Shown here: one piece after another, positions 8,318 through 18,668 of the stretch
Numbering within the stretch: the first letter of the stretch is position 1
Layout: every line of letters begins with the position of its first letter
Virus record (IMG/VR): IMGVR_UViG_3300022074_000019
Span: 1 to 64,000 of that record
Length of the DNA stretch: 64,000 bases
Strand: one strand, 5' to 3'
Source: a virus
Notes under the pieces: model-generated
Databases searched by the model: none
The model's input: only the letters and a program-made list of their open reading frames with translations
What the model was told of the DNA's origin: nothing
Program-made: the position numbers and the translations under genes

Positions 8318-9722
8318 TGTCATTGCTCGTACTGGTCGTGTTCAGTCTTGGATCGATGATCCGACTTCACGTCTTCCAGTCAGCTGCACTGTCTTTGTCG
8401 TCGAAGATAGTATGGAGGGACCTGACGGTATCGAAGCCTCCTGGCGCTTCGTCTCCCATGCCCTTCGCTTCGGTGCGGGTGTTGCCGTCCACCTCTACAA
8501 ACTCCGTCCCGCAGGACACGATAATGGCAAAGGGCTATGTGCCTCTGGTCCTGTCTCGTTCGGGAAAATCTATTCTTGTCTGAATGAACAGCTGCGTCGC
8601 GGTGGTGTTTACAAGAACGGAGCTGTGGTGCTCCATTTGGATATCAATCATGCAGACATCCTTGAGTTTGTTGAACTGCCTCGTCACGAGATTCCTTGGG
8701 CGAAGCGTTGCGTCAACCTAACGGATGAACTCTGGAATGCTGCCTCTGAAGATGTGCAAAACGCAATCCTCAAAGGCATTGCTCGTGGTGATATCTGGCT
8801 TGCCAAGATTCGCTATGACCAGCACGGTGAACGTATCCACGCGAACGTTTGCCTCGAGGTCTTCCTGCGAAGCCGTGGCACTTGTTTGCTTGAGCATATC
8901 AACCTAGGCGCATGTCGTCCTGAAGATCTTTTACCTGCTTTTACAGCAGGAATGACTGAACTTGTTGATTTACATAAAAAGACTGGAGTCGAAAAAACTG
9001 GTGAATATCTTATTCAACAAGTTGATCGTCAGGTTGGATTAGGCATGCTTGGTCTAGCTAATTTGCTTGCCCTGGAAGGAGTTACATACGCTGAGTTTGC
9101 AGAAGCAATTACTCAACATCTATATGAAGATTACGACACTATCGTGACTCCTGCTTCTCGTAAAATTGTTAAAGCACTTCAAGATGCAATTGATGCAGCT
9201 GCTGAGGTTGCACGCAAAGCCAACATGGACCGAGCGTTCGCAATCGCACCTACTGCCTCATGCTCTTATCGTTATACAGACCGAGCAGGCTACACAACTA
9301 CTCCCGAACTGGCTCCACCCATTGGGCGTAACGTTGATAGGGACAGCTCCACATTCGGTGTTCAATCCTATGATTACGGTAATGTTGAAACAGCTGAAGA
9401 AGTTGGCTTCGATGTTTACAAAAAATCAGTTGATGGCATTATGGAAATGTTGTCACGTACAGGATTGGCGCATGGCTATAGTTACAACACATGGAGCGAT
9501 GTAGTTACCTACACGCCTGAGTTTGTTGAAAGCTGGCTGCAATCGCCACAGACGAGTATGTATTACTCGCTCCAAGTCATGCAAAACACTCAAGCTAAAG
9601 ATGATGCTTTGGCCGCACTTGATGGCGACTTTGGCACCATGTTTGGTTTCGATAATATCGACAGCGATGAGTCTCTCGATATCTTTATCGATCCTGCAGC
9701 CTGTGTTGGTTGCGCAGAATAA
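8307..9722 (+). CDS. nrdA: Compact class I ribonucleotide reductase, alpha subunit (cyanophage type)
   Basis: PVSC, NVCLE active-site motif, GTCLL, AIAPTAS, YY and C-terminal CVGC; followed by a di-metal beta subunit. Confidence 0.9.
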   Translation: MENNVIARTGRVQSWIDDPTSRLPVSCTVFVVEDSMEGPDGIEASWRFVSHALRFGAGVAVHLYKLRPAGHDNGKGLCASGPVSFGKIYSCLNEQLRRGGVYKNGAVVLHLDINHADILEFVELPRHEIPWAKRCVNLTDELWNAASEDVQNAILKGIARGDIWLAKIRYDQHGERIHANVCLEVFLRSRGTCLLEHINLGACRPEDLLPAFTAGMTELVDLHKKTGVEKTGEYLIQQVDRQVGLGMLGLANLLALEGVTYAEFAEAITQHLYEDYDTIVTPASRKIVKALQDAIDAAAEVARKANMDRAFAIAPTASCSYRYTDRAGYTTTPELAPPIGRNVDRDSSTFGVQSYDYGNVETAEEVGFDVYKKSVDGIMEMLSRTGLAHGYSYNTWSDVVTYTPEFVESWLQSPQTSMYYSLQVMQNTQAKDDALAALDGDFGTMFGFDNIDSDESLDIFIDPAACVGCAE

Positions 9723-9740
9723 ACACTATCTCCTATACCA

Positions 9741-10472
9741 ATGAAAGCTGAAACTCCTTATCTCCACCTTCACGCACGCAAGCGTACCTGGACTCCTGTT
9801 CAAGTGTCTGCTGGTCATTTGCTTGAAGGCGGCGAAGATGTGATCAAACGGGCTCTTGCACTTCGGTGTCTAGAGATCCCTGTTGGTGACTTCATCTCTG
9901 AAGCAATGAAGGGAGACCTTCCCGAAGTTAAGGGCTGCAAAGAACTTCTGCTTTCTAATGTTGTTGACGAAGAAAACCATGATATTGCCCTCAATTTCGC
10001 TGCTGACGTGCACAAAGTCCCTGATCGTTTTGAAGCAGAAGCTCAGCGCATTTGTAAAGCGTGGCTGGAACTTGACCGTCATCCAGTACTTAAAGCCGTC
10101 GTATTGGAGAGATCCGTCTTCTTCGTTCTCCTACCGATCTTTCGATTCCTCGGAGACACGGGGCTGCGCACGACAAGCGCAGATGTCAGCCGAGACGAAC
10201 AAACCCATGTCGCAGCTAACACGCTCGTCTGCGAATCCCTTGGGCTTCAATCAGACAAAGAGCTCAATAAACTTAGGCGAGCTACGGTTGCTTGGGTTCT
10301 TCAATCCTTGGAAGCCGAACATGCTAACAAGCATCTCTCGAAGAACTTCTGGATGGCTAGTTCGGACTCGCTCTACACCCGTGGTAAAGCAGAAGGACTG
10401 AGTGACACCCGTGCTTCCCGTATGCCTGCTTTCTTCGAAACTAATAACGTTAATTTGCCTCAGTATGCTTAA
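9741..10472 (+). CDS. nrdB: Ribonucleotide reductase beta subunit (ferritin-like)
   Basis: DEENH and DEQTH ExxH pairs; adjacent to the alpha subunit. Confidence 0.85.
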   Translation: MKAETPYLHLHARKRTWTPVQVSAGHLLEGGEDVIKRALALRCLEIPVGDFISEAMKGDLPEVKGCKELLLSNVVDEENHDIALNFAADVHKVPDRFEAEAQRICKAWLELDRHPVLKAVVLERSVFFVLLPIFRFLGDTGLRTTSADVSRDEQTHVAANTLVCESLGLQSDKELNKLRRATVAWVLQSLEAEHANKHLSKNFWMASSDSLYTRGKAEGLSDTRASRMPAFFETNNVNLPQYA

Positions 10473-10573
10473 AGCTACGATTGTTGCACTGTTAGTGTTG
10501 GCATGTGTTATCGAATTGATGCATATTGACTATCACGAGCAGTGCATAAAAACTGAACATTTACATTGCAAAT

Positions 10574-10858
10574 ATGCCTAACATTGAATTCTCTGCTGCA
10601 GATAAAATTAAAATTCAAGTTGTGGAGCAAGAGATTGCTCCCGACACTTTTGATGATTCGCAACTACCAACTGATATTCATATTGTGACCTATACCTACG
10701 AAGGTAAAGAGCTTTTTGATGTTGTTCGTGCTTATACTATGGTTGACATCTTTGATGCTTATTTCGATAAGCTTGGAGACAAAGGTCGAGTAACACGTAT
10801 TCGTAATGGTTACGGAAAAATCAAGCCTAAACTTTTTGGAAAAATTAAACAAGCATGA
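10574..10858 (+). CDS. Hypothetical protein
   Basis: ATG ORF, 94 aa. Confidence 0.65.
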   Translation: MPNIEFSAADKIKIQVVEQEIAPDTFDDSQLPTDIHIVTYTYEGKELFDVVRAYTMVDIFDAYFDKLGDKGRVTRIRNGYGKIKPKLFGKIKQA

Positions 10859-10951
10859 GAAAATCAGAATATAAAGATCAGCTATTGTCGCAGATTTCCA
10901 AACAGCTGGATAAGCTGACAGTAAAGCAAATAAGAACACTTATCGCTAAAC

Positions 10952-11584
10952 ATGCACTCAGCTAAACTTGTCTGGATTACTCCAGAAGCAGAAGCTCTTG
11001 TTGGAAAAATTGCCAGAGTTTCTAATCCAAACAACGAAGACAATCCTAACGTTGAACGACTTATTCGATATCTCATTAAGCACAAGCACTGGTCTCCCTT
11101 TGAGATGGCAAGCATGTGCGTCGAAATCCACACTACTAGAGCTATTTCGTCGCAAATCCTGCGTCACCGTAGTTTCACATTTCAAGAGTTCTCACAGCGA
11201 TACGCCATTCCTACGGATAGCTTTGCAACAGTATTGCCTGAGCTACGACGTCAAGATACAATCAACAGACAAAACTCATTAGACGATCTACCTGAAGAAA
11301 CAAAAGAATATTACAAGCAACGGATTGATGACTATTTCCGTGAAGGCGTTGAGTTGTACGAATCAATGCTGCATTCGAATGTTGCCAAAGAATGTGCTAG
11401 ATCTGTCCTGCCACTAAATACAGTTACCCGTTTGTATATGTCAGGAACAATTCGTAGCTGGTTGCACTACGTCGACCTTAGAGGATCAAACGGTACTCAG
11501 AAAGAACACATGCAAATTGCTCGATCTGTTGGTGAAATTCTCGACACTCAAGTACCAACTATTGCTCGCGCAATGTGGGAATAG
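10952..11584 (+). CDS. thyX: Flavin-dependent thymidylate synthase
   Basis: HWSPFE, QILRHRSFTFQEFSQRY and KECARSVLP. Confidence 0.97.
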   Translation: MHSAKLVWITPEAEALVGKIARVSNPNNEDNPNVERLIRYLIKHKHWSPFEMASMCVEIHTTRAISSQILRHRSFTFQEFSQRYAIPTDSFATVLPELRRQDTINRQNSLDDLPEETKEYYKQRIDDYFREGVELYESMLHSNVAKECARSVLPLNTVTRLYMSGTIRSWLHYVDLRGSNGTQKEHMQIARSVGEILDTQVPTIARAMWE

Positions 11585-11622
11585 TCCTTATATTGGAGAC
11601 TGACTAAAGATGATCAGTCATA

Positions 11623-12282
11623 ATGAATTTTATTGCTGCAACTGTTGAACTCACCTTACACCTCGCAGATCAAATCAACGCTTATGGGCTTGACTATCGC
11701 GGCGCTACTGCTGTTGTGCCCGGTGGCAGTGGTAATGCAGAGGTGCGTCTTCGGGTGCTCTGTTACGACCGGCCCGGAGCAAAACTCACCGCCTTTGAAT
11801 CCTGGAAGCCAGGCACAAGGGCGTTGATCACAGGGAATTTGGTGTTTAGTGACGACACTACTAAACCTCTTGATCTGATTATTACTACTCTCGAAACTAA
11901 TGTTCCTCAAGACATGTACTGCAATCAGGTTGTTTTAGGCAATGCGTTCTTCGGATCTGATGAAATCAAAGAACGAAAGAATGGTCAAATTGCCGTAAAG
12001 ATTGGCAGTACGCTTGATAACTCTGATGTCACTACTTGGCTATATCTTGAAACCCATGAAACTCGCAAAAAGAAACTCTCTGAAAGAATCCGCAAAGGAC
12101 GCGCTCTTTGTGTTCAAGGTTACATCCGTGAATACCGCAAAGATGATTCTGACAGCCCTTACCGCGCCATCGTTGCTAGCGATTTCAGCACTAGAAAAGA
12201 AAAAGCACGCTCTAATAAGAACCCACAAACGAACGGTTCAGCAGCGGGCTACGCAGAAGTTGATCCAACGCCGGATTATTGA
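11623..12282 (+). CDS. Tandem OB-fold single-stranded DNA-binding-like protein
   Basis: Two SSB-like units (KPGTRALITGNL; RKGRALCVQGYIREY) and an acidic/aromatic C-terminus. Confidence 0.6.
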   Translation: MNFIAATVELTLHLADQINAYGLDYRGATAVVPGGSGNAEVRLRVLCYDRPGAKLTAFESWKPGTRALITGNLVFSDDTTKPLDLIITTLETNVPQDMYCNQVVLGNAFFGSDEIKERKNGQIAVKIGSTLDNSDVTTWLYLETHETRKKKLSERIRKGRALCVQGYIREYRKDDSDSPYRAIVASDFSTRKEKARSNKNPQTNGSAAGYAEVDPTPDY

Positions 12283-12346
12283 GCGCCAGTCTCATATTGA
12301 TCTAAACAAACCTGGGTGGACAGCACCTATTTATTCAGCCACTGAT

Positions 12347-12362
12347 GCCGGTTAACACCGGC
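12347..12362 (+). repeat. Hairpin repeat copy 4 (terminator-like)
   Basis: GCCGGTTAACACCGGC followed by TTTTTT. Confidence 0.9.
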
Positions 12363-12436
12363 TTTTTTGTTTGTGTGTTTAGGTCACATTAATAGAAATA
12401 TATTCTTATATTGTGAGAGTCAATGAATAATAGATA

Positions 12437-13180
12437 ATGACTCTCCAAGTCTTGCCTCCTGAGTTAACGGAGGCACCAAAAGATAAGATTGAAACTAAAG
12501 AGCCTCAACCCTATTGGAAACCTAGTTCACTAAAGGATGGAGAAAGCGAAGAATTCAGATTACTCGGATGTTACGAAACTGGACACGCCATTGTTGGATG
12601 GCAATATGCATCCGAAGTTCGCGATACGAAAACTGGTGAGCTTCGTTTTAATGGTTATGTGGTTACTAGGAGTCATCCTGGACAGCCAGAAGACCTTGCC
12701 CGAGAAACCGACTGGGCCAAACCCGATCGACCCAAGATTGACGGAACCTACGTCAAGCCCCGCAGATTTCTTGCGTGGGTTGCCACTTCCGCAGCAAGAG
12801 GTCGCATGGAAGTCCTATTCATTGAGCAGAAATCTATCCGTGATCAGCTGACTGAAATCCTCCAAGAGATTGAAGACTACACCTGGACTAAAGATGGACT
12901 TGCTAATTTCTCGATTAAAATATCACGCAAGGGAAGCGGCCTTGAAACGACGTATTCGATCCTACCTAAGGTACGTAAAGTGCCGGCAAAAATTGCTGCC
13001 GAATGGGAATCGAACAGAGATAGTATATGGCTCCCCAACTTCTTTGAAGGAAAGGATCCTTTTGATGGACGTCAAACTGATGAGAAAGGTTTGCCGGCTG
13101 GTGGCGTAGATAAACGCGGAGCTACTGTCATTCCAACTACTACTGAAAAACCTGTCGAAGAAGACAACACTGAATTTTAA
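12437..13180 (+). CDS. Putative gp32-like ssDNA-binding protein
   Basis: LKDGESEEFRLL, IKISRKGSGLETTYSILP and an acidic tail ending in F. Confidence 0.5.
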   Translation: MTLQVLPPELTEAPKDKIETKEPQPYWKPSSLKDGESEEFRLLGCYETGHAIVGWQYASEVRDTKTGELRFNGYVVTRSHPGQPEDLARETDWAKPDRPKIDGTYVKPRRFLAWVATSAARGRMEVLFIEQKSIRDQLTEILQEIEDYTWTKDGLANFSIKISRKGSGLETTYSILPKVRKVPAKIAAEWESNRDSIWLPNFFEGKDPFDGRQTDEKGLPAGGVDKRGATVIPTTTEKPVEEDNTEF

Positions 13181-13182
13181 TT

Positions 13183-13533
13183 ATGTCTAACGCACTCGAA
13201 AATCTGCCACCTGAAATGCAAGCACGTCTTGCACAAATTATGGCTGGACAAGCACCTGCTGAATCACCTCACCAAGCTGCTATCCAACAACCTGCACCTG
13301 AACCATCTCCACCGGTAAAGGTTCCGTCCCTGATGGATCATGTAATTGCACTCCGTCAGGAAGTAGCTGCTCTTCGTAGCCAGGTTGATGCCCAATCCAA
13401 TGTTGTTGATGCAGTCGGCCAAGCCGTAGGAACTCTCTATCAGATGTTTCAACCATCAGCCACAGCTTCAGATCAGGGCTCAACGTTTGGTCAGAACTTT
13501 CAACAACAACAAGTAGATGCTTCTGACTTTTGA
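13183..13533 (+). CDS. Gln/Pro-rich coiled-coil hypothetical protein
   Basis: Closely coupled to the upstream gene. Confidence 0.7.
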   Translation: MSNALENLPPEMQARLAQIMAGQAPAESPHQAAIQQPAPEPSPPVKVPSLMDHVIALRQEVAALRSQVDAQSNVVDAVGQAVGTLYQMFQPSATASDQGSTFGQNFQQQQVDASDF

Positions 13534-13560
13534 TTACCCTAATTTTACTGTGATCATCTA

Positions 13561-13594
13561 GAGCGTCTCTGAATTTTTCAGTGGCGCTTTTTTA
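13561..13594 (+). terminator. Intrinsic terminator
   Basis: GAGCGTC...GGCGCTT interrupted stem followed by a T tract. Confidence 0.6.
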
Positions 13595-13609
13595 AAACAA
13601 ATATATATC

Positions 13610-14362
13610 ATGACTGACAAACCTTTTAGGATTCAGACTGCTGCTGGACACCGCAAGTATCTTTGCTCAGGCCTTTACCTGCCTTCTGTTACAACGGTCC
13701 TGTCCGGCACTGAATCGGAAAAATCTAAAGCAGGCCTTCGTGCCTGGAACGAAAAAAATCCTGGTGCTATGGAAGCTGCTGCCATTAGAGGCACTGCCAT
13801 TCACCAATGTTGTGAAAACCATATTCGTGGTCTTCCTATTGACTGCCCAGATGACTACATGCCTTTTTGGAATGGTATGAGTCAATACCTTGATTGGTTT
13901 GATGAGATCTATTGGTCTGAGCGTCCACTTCGCCCTGACTGGAACGATCTGCGTAGTGACGACCGTGAAGTTGCCTATGTCTGGTCTACTGAGCACAAAT
14001 ACGCTGGGTGTCCCGATTTGATTGGCACCATTGGCGGTTTGAACGTTATTGCTGACTTCAAGACTTCTAACGGTCCTTACTGCTCATCCTCGCCTGAGCG
14101 GGGTGATCGTGCTGGCTATGGTGGCTGGCGCAAATTCCAAAAATGCGCACAGCAGTTAGGAGCTTATCGTTACGCGCTTAACGAACGTGTTGGCTTTAAA
14201 TGTGATGTTGCCTTGATTATTGTCACCACAGAAGAGGCTACTCAAGGTATATTTATTGACGGAGATCAACTCGATCTCTACGAATCTCGCTTTTTGAAGC
14301 GGGCGAAAATGTTCCACGATATGCACCCAGATACAGATGATCAAGTTGCGGATATCAGTTAA
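13610..14362 (+). CDS. PD-(D/E)XK exonuclease (RecB/Cas4-like superfamily)
   Basis: LPSVTTVL, RGTAIH, YAGCPDL, IADFKTS and QQLGAY. Confidence 0.85.
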   Translation: MTDKPFRIQTAAGHRKYLCSGLYLPSVTTVLSGTESEKSKAGLRAWNEKNPGAMEAAAIRGTAIHQCCENHIRGLPIDCPDDYMPFWNGMSQYLDWFDEIYWSERPLRPDWNDLRSDDREVAYVWSTEHKYAGCPDLIGTIGGLNVIADFKTSNGPYCSSSPERGDRAGYGGWRKFQKCAQQLGAYRYALNERVGFKCDVALIIVTTEEATQGIFIDGDQLDLYESRFLKRAKMFHDMHPDTDDQVADIS

Positions 14363-16556
14363 TAAGAGTTGTAAAAACAAAGAGAGTCAGCCTGCATATG
14401 ACTGGCTAAACATCAATGAGAGTCTGGAGTGGCTTCAAGGGTGGGTTTCAGCTGGTTACGGCTGGTGTGCTACTCATTTTGTTGACAGGCATCGTCGTCA
14501 AGACAATGCTGTTGGTAGCAATGTTGTAGTCATTGACTTCGATGGCGACACCACGCTGGGCCGTTTCTGGCAGATGCAGACTGCACGTGACTGGTGTGTG
14601 GCTACTTACACATCATCTAGTCACACAGAGCAGTGCCATCGCTTCCGTGCCATCTTTCCTCTTGCTATCGACTTGCAGACAGCAGCTCAGCACAAAGGTG
14701 CTTATTGGCTTGTCGTCAATCGACTGCTTGCTGACTTAGGTCTCGAATCTCTCGAAGACAATTGCGGACAAAAGCGTGAGCGTCTCTGGTATGGCAACAC
14801 CAATGCCGAGTGGCAGCTCAATCCAGGTGCGGAAGTTCCTGACTTTTTGCTTAATGATATTGACTATGAAGAAGCGGTTGATTTTGTCTCTGCTGAGGTC
14901 ACTGATCAAGATGTAGATCGCTGTCAGTGGCTTCTGCGTAACTTCCTGACGCCTTCTGAAGATGGCGAGTATGAATCACGTTACGTGCCAGTTATGGCCG
15001 CCTGCGCAGCCGTAGGACAGCCTCTCTTTGATGACTGGGTTGATTGGGTATTGCGTGGTCATCATGGTGAAAAACGTGAGAACATTTTGCCATTCAAATG
15101 GCGTGGTCTCGGTAACCAATCTGGACCTGCTAAGTTATACTCGCTTGCTAAAAAACAAGACAGTAACTGGACATCACAGTTACCACCTGAACTTAAGTTC
15201 GGTGCCGTTGGATCTGCTGTCGGCTATACAGAGTTTGATCAGCTTCCCAACTTTGATGACGTAATCCATACTATCGAGGTAAAAGTGGAACCCGAATTTG
15301 AACCAATCCCTGATGCATCTCAGGCTGTTAAAAAGACTAGAGGTCGTCCTAAGAAATCAAGCAGTGATGCAGCTAAAGAACGTGAGAGTGATGTCAAGCA
15401 AGTTCTTGAGATTCTTTCTCTGCTTCGAAAAAATGAGTTGACTGGTGCTATCGAATACACAGATGGCACTGGCAAAACTGTTGAGCTTCAGGGCAATGAC
15501 CTTGATCTCATGACTACCAAGCTCGCTTGTGAGCATGGGGTCTTTATCCCTGAGATGCGTATCAAGTCTGCTATCCAGTATGCCGCTCTCAAGCACAAGT
15601 ATTGTCCAATTCGACGTTATCTTGATACTTGTTCAGCGCAAGCTATCCCACACAAAGATTGGGATCGTATTGGCGAAATTTTTCTTGGCAACAAGAACAA
15701 GCTGGCAACTCTTGCCATGCAACGCATGATGATTGGCGCCGTTGCGCGTGCTTACAACCCTGGATGCTCTATGTCTTGGCTGCCCATTCTCGTAGGCGCA
15801 CAAGGTGTAGGTAAATCTCAATTTAGTAGAAGCCTTGTTCCTGAGAAGCTTTTCGCTGAGGTGTCTACTCCCCTCGACACTCTCATGAAAGAGCAGTATC
15901 GACTTCACGTTGCTTGGCTACTTGAGCTTCCTGAGATTGATCACTTCTTTCAGTCTCGCAACATCGAGAACTTTAAGAACTTGATTACTACTCGTTGCGA
16001 TGAGGTTCGTCGTCCCTATGCATCACTCCCTGAGCGTTTGCTCCGCAGGTTTGTGATGATCGGCACGACCAATCGTAATCAGTTTTTGGTTGACAGTACT
16101 GGTAACCGTCGTTTTGTTCCTCTTGAAATTGGAGCTAACTTTCTCATTCCTTGGGAGCAGCTGCAAGAAGAGCGAGACATGCTGTGGGCTTCTGCTATTC
16201 AGGCTTACCGCAATGGCGAATCCTATGAGTTCAATAGTGGTGAAATTGCTCAGATCTCTGAGTACATTCAAGAGTTTGGTGATCCTGATCCTTGGATGGA
16301 AAAGATCAGTAATTACGTGGCATTGAAGCCTGAAGTTACTGCTGCTGACGTTCTAACACAAGCACTGGATCTTGATCCACGTGCGCAAGGTAGACGTGAA
16401 GCACGTCGTGTTGCTGATGTTCTCCAAACTCTTGGATGGCGTCGACTTAATACCTCACGAAAAGATGCAGTTACTGGTAAAACTAAGTCAGTCCGACTTT
16501 GGGTTCGTCCCAAGGATGATCCTCTTACTGAAGATCACATCCTCAAAGACTTCTGA
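14337..16556 (+). CDS. AEP primase with PriCT-like domain, fused to a VirE/VapE-like helicase
   Basis: VIDFDG, YTSSSH and HRFRAIFPL (AEP); GAQGVGKS Walker A, IGTTN and TGNRRF (VirE). Confidence 0.88.
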   Translation: MIKLRISVNKSCKNKESQPAYDWLNINESLEWLQGWVSAGYGWCATHFVDRHRRQDNAVGSNVVVIDFDGDTTLGRFWQMQTARDWCVATYTSSSHTEQCHRFRAIFPLAIDLQTAAQHKGAYWLVVNRLLADLGLESLEDNCGQKRERLWYGNTNAEWQLNPGAEVPDFLLNDIDYEEAVDFVSAEVTDQDVDRCQWLLRNFLTPSEDGEYESRYVPVMAACAAVGQPLFDDWVDWVLRGHHGEKRENILPFKWRGLGNQSGPAKLYSLAKKQDSNWTSQLPPELKFGAVGSAVGYTEFDQLPNFDDVIHTIEVKVEPEFEPIPDASQAVKKTRGRPKKSSSDAAKERESDVKQVLEILSLLRKNELTGAIEYTDGTGKTVELQGNDLDLMTTKLACEHGVFIPEMRIKSAIQYAALKHKYCPIRRYLDTCSAQAIPHKDWDRIGEIFLGNKNKLATLAMQRMMIGAVARAYNPGCSMSWLPILVGAQGVGKSQFSRSLVPEKLFAEVSTPLDTLMKEQYRLHVAWLLELPEIDHFFQSRNIENFKNLITTRCDEVRRPYASLPERLLRRFVMIGTTNRNQFLVDSTGNRRFVPLEIGANFLIPWEQLQEERDMLWASAIQAYRNGESYEFNSGEIAQISEYIQEFGDPDPWMEKISNYVALKPEVTAADVLTQALDLDPRAQGRREARRVADVLQTLGWRRLNTSRKDAVTGKTKSVRLWVRPKDDPLTEDHILKDF

Positions 16557-16579
16557 TAATTCTACTTTTTAACTTTAAA

Positions 16580-16816
16580 ATGAAAACATCTGATATCCAT
16601 ATCGGACTGCGTGTCCGTGTGCTGTCTAATGACAACACCGCTCTTGTAGTTAGTAAGCCTGAGTATTACACCTCACGTTCTAAGCTTGTTCGTATAAAGT
16701 ATGAGAACAGCACACGCTATGAATACACTACTAATCATTTGATTGAAGCTTTGCCTGTTGATGAACAATATCCAGAGCTTGGTGGTTCTTATGTAAAACC
16801 TGAAGGTGATTTCTAA
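16580..16816 (+). CDS. Small beta-barrel (SH3/KOW-like) hypothetical protein
   Basis: IHIGLRVRV...ALVV...VRIKY pattern. Confidence 0.6.
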   Translation: MKTSDIHIGLRVRVLSNDNTALVVSKPEYYTSRSKLVRIKYENSTRYEYTTNHLIEALPVDEQYPELGGSYVKPEGDF

Positions 16817-16817
16817 T

Positions 16818-17627
16818 ATGCCTGAATCGCAGCCCAGCAAAAAACGTGGCGGTCATGCCTACGGTCGTCGTAATCAGCAGATGTCAAATACTGCCGAAGA
16901 AGGAGAACTTTGCATCTACAGCGGCCACTCTCTTGGTCGGTTTTCTTCTCATTCGATGCGTTACGACAGCCATCAAGCTTGTACTCGTTGCGTTGCCTCA
17001 GCACGGGAAGGAATGCTTTCCTTTGATGTAGACCGTTTACTCAAGAAATATCGATCAAAAGCTCTTAAGTTTTGGAGTCAAGTTGATATTGGTTCCCCTG
17101 ATGAATGCTGGAACTGGAATGGAGTTATTAATCCCAGAACTAAGCAAGCTCAGTTTGCTTGGCGTCGGCCAGGAATCTCATCATCTACCCAGCATCATCC
17201 TCAACGTGTTGCTATGTGGTTGACTTGGGGTGATCTTGGGTTTACAGGCGTTAAGACCACTTGCGGCAATAAATATTGCTGTAATCCTTTCCATCTCATT
17301 CCTCAAAACATTGGTGTTTTTGTCGATAATGATACTTATTTAGAGTCATTCGAGCTTGCTTGTCAGATCCATACACTTAAGCAGCAAATTGCTGAGTATG
17401 TCATCGAAGAAGCAATCAAGGAAGAAGCTAAAAAAGCAGAAAAACTAGATGCTGAATTACGTAATGGAATGCTGCTTAATCCCGACACACAATTTGGTGA
17501 TCGGTTTGAAGCTTTAGTCACTGATTTCTTGTCTGGAGCTCACATCTCTCAGCTTAATCCAGAAGATTCCAGCATGTTTAAGTTACCTACTGATAATGAT
17601 GCTGAAAACCCCACAGATAACATTTAA
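16818..17627 (+). CDS. HNH/Zn-finger endonuclease homologue, apparently lacking the catalytic His
   Basis: FWSQVD...DECWNWNG, HHPQRVAM and VKTTCGNKYCCNPFHL. Confidence 0.6.
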   Translation: MPESQPSKKRGGHAYGRRNQQMSNTAEEGELCIYSGHSLGRFSSHSMRYDSHQACTRCVASAREGMLSFDVDRLLKKYRSKALKFWSQVDIGSPDECWNWNGVINPRTKQAQFAWRRPGISSSTQHHPQRVAMWLTWGDLGFTGVKTTCGNKYCCNPFHLIPQNIGVFVDNDTYLESFELACQIHTLKQQIAEYVIEEAIKEEAKKAEKLDAELRNGMLLNPDTQFGDRFEALVTDFLSGAHISQLNPEDSSMFKLPTDNDAENPTDNI

Positions 17628-17659
17628 TTTATTTACACTTTTACAAGAGTCATTTAGTT

Positions 17660-18088
17660 ATGTCAAGACGAACAGACTTACTTCAGCATCTTATTCAGTC
17701 CGACAAGTTCGGCGAAGAGAAGACTCAAGAGCAAAAGTTTCTTGCTGCTACTGCTGAATTGATCCTCACTGATCTAATCAATATTGCATCTAATGGTGTA
17801 CTAGCGAAAGGTGCAGGCAGTTTAATTATCAATCTTCAAAACGATTCAACCACTTATATGAGTGGTTATGACATTGAACAGGATATTTACACTGCTGAGA
17901 AGGCAGAAGACGAAGATACCATCAAGTTTCTTCGATCTCTGCTTGAAGAAATTAACGAAAATGACTGGTTTAACAATGTATTAATTACTTTGATCAGTGA
18001 TGCTGGAACAAGAACATTTAGTGTCGAAGCAGGAGGGAGCCAAGAAAGCCTCCGAACGATCGCAGAAGAATTTACAGGACAAGCTTAA
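17660..18088 (+). CDS. Acidic hypothetical protein
   Basis: ATG ORF. Confidence 0.7.
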   Translation: MSRRTDLLQHLIQSDKFGEEKTQEQKFLAATAELILTDLINIASNGVLAKGAGSLIINLQNDSTTYMSGYDIEQDIYTAEKAEDEDTIKFLRSLLEEINENDWFNNVLITLISDAGTRTFSVEAGGSQESLRTIAEEFTGQA

Positions 18089-18668
18089 AGTAGCTGGACT
18101 TAAACTTCCGCTGTATCCAACACCTCAAATCATTGAGCGTGCACGGACTGTTATGGGTGGTATTGACTACGATCCTACTTCTGATCCTGTTCAGCAAGTT
18201 CTTGTTGATGCAACGTCAGTTCCTTCAGTCAATACTAACCCTCTGCAAGAGCACTGGCATGGCAATGTGTTTGTTTCTCCCAAAGGGGCAGTGCGTACCA
18301 CTCGAATTTGGTTGAACAAAACGATTGATGAGTATCGAAATCATTACATCAATAGTTTTGTATTTTTCACGAGTGCCTCAGAAATCATGAGAGCTGCTCC
18401 TGCAATCTTGGATTATCCATTTTGCATTCCTTTCAAACGTATTAAGCAGCTGCGGGCGACACCTAGTGGATTTGAACCCGTATGCCCGTCTACTTGGAAT
18501 ATTCTTGTGTATGGCCCGCCAGTTGATGCAGCCATTACCTCTATCGATAAAGTTTCACTATTCCACAACACTTTCCGTGATATTGGCCGTGTCTGCTTTA
18601 ACGAGTTTGCTGGTGACAGCTGGACACGTGATCTTGAGTATTACACTGAAAAGCGTGGTGAAGTTTAA
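17997..18668 (+). CDS. Phage N6-adenine methyltransferase homologue with degenerate motif IV
   Basis: TPQIIERARTVMGGIDYDPTS...WHGNVFVSPKG (NPPY expected); start uncertain. Confidence 0.7.
   Translation: MMLEQEHLVSKQEGAKKASERSQKNLQDKLKVAGLKLPLYPTPQIIERARTVMGGIDYDPTSDPVQQVLVDATSVPSVNTNPLQEHWHGNVFVSPKGAVRTTRIWLNKTIDEYRNHYINSFVFFTSASEIMRAAPAILDYPFCIPFKRIKQLRATPSGFEPVCPSTWNILVYGPPVDAAITSIDKVSLFHNTFRDIGRVCFNEFAGDSWTRDLEYYTEKRGEV

Noticed and set aside
13610-14362. Cas4-like nuclease suggesting CRISPR
   Set aside because: No repeat-spacer array or other cas genes seen; this is a common phage exonuclease. The 16-bp hairpins are dispersed, not arrayed.
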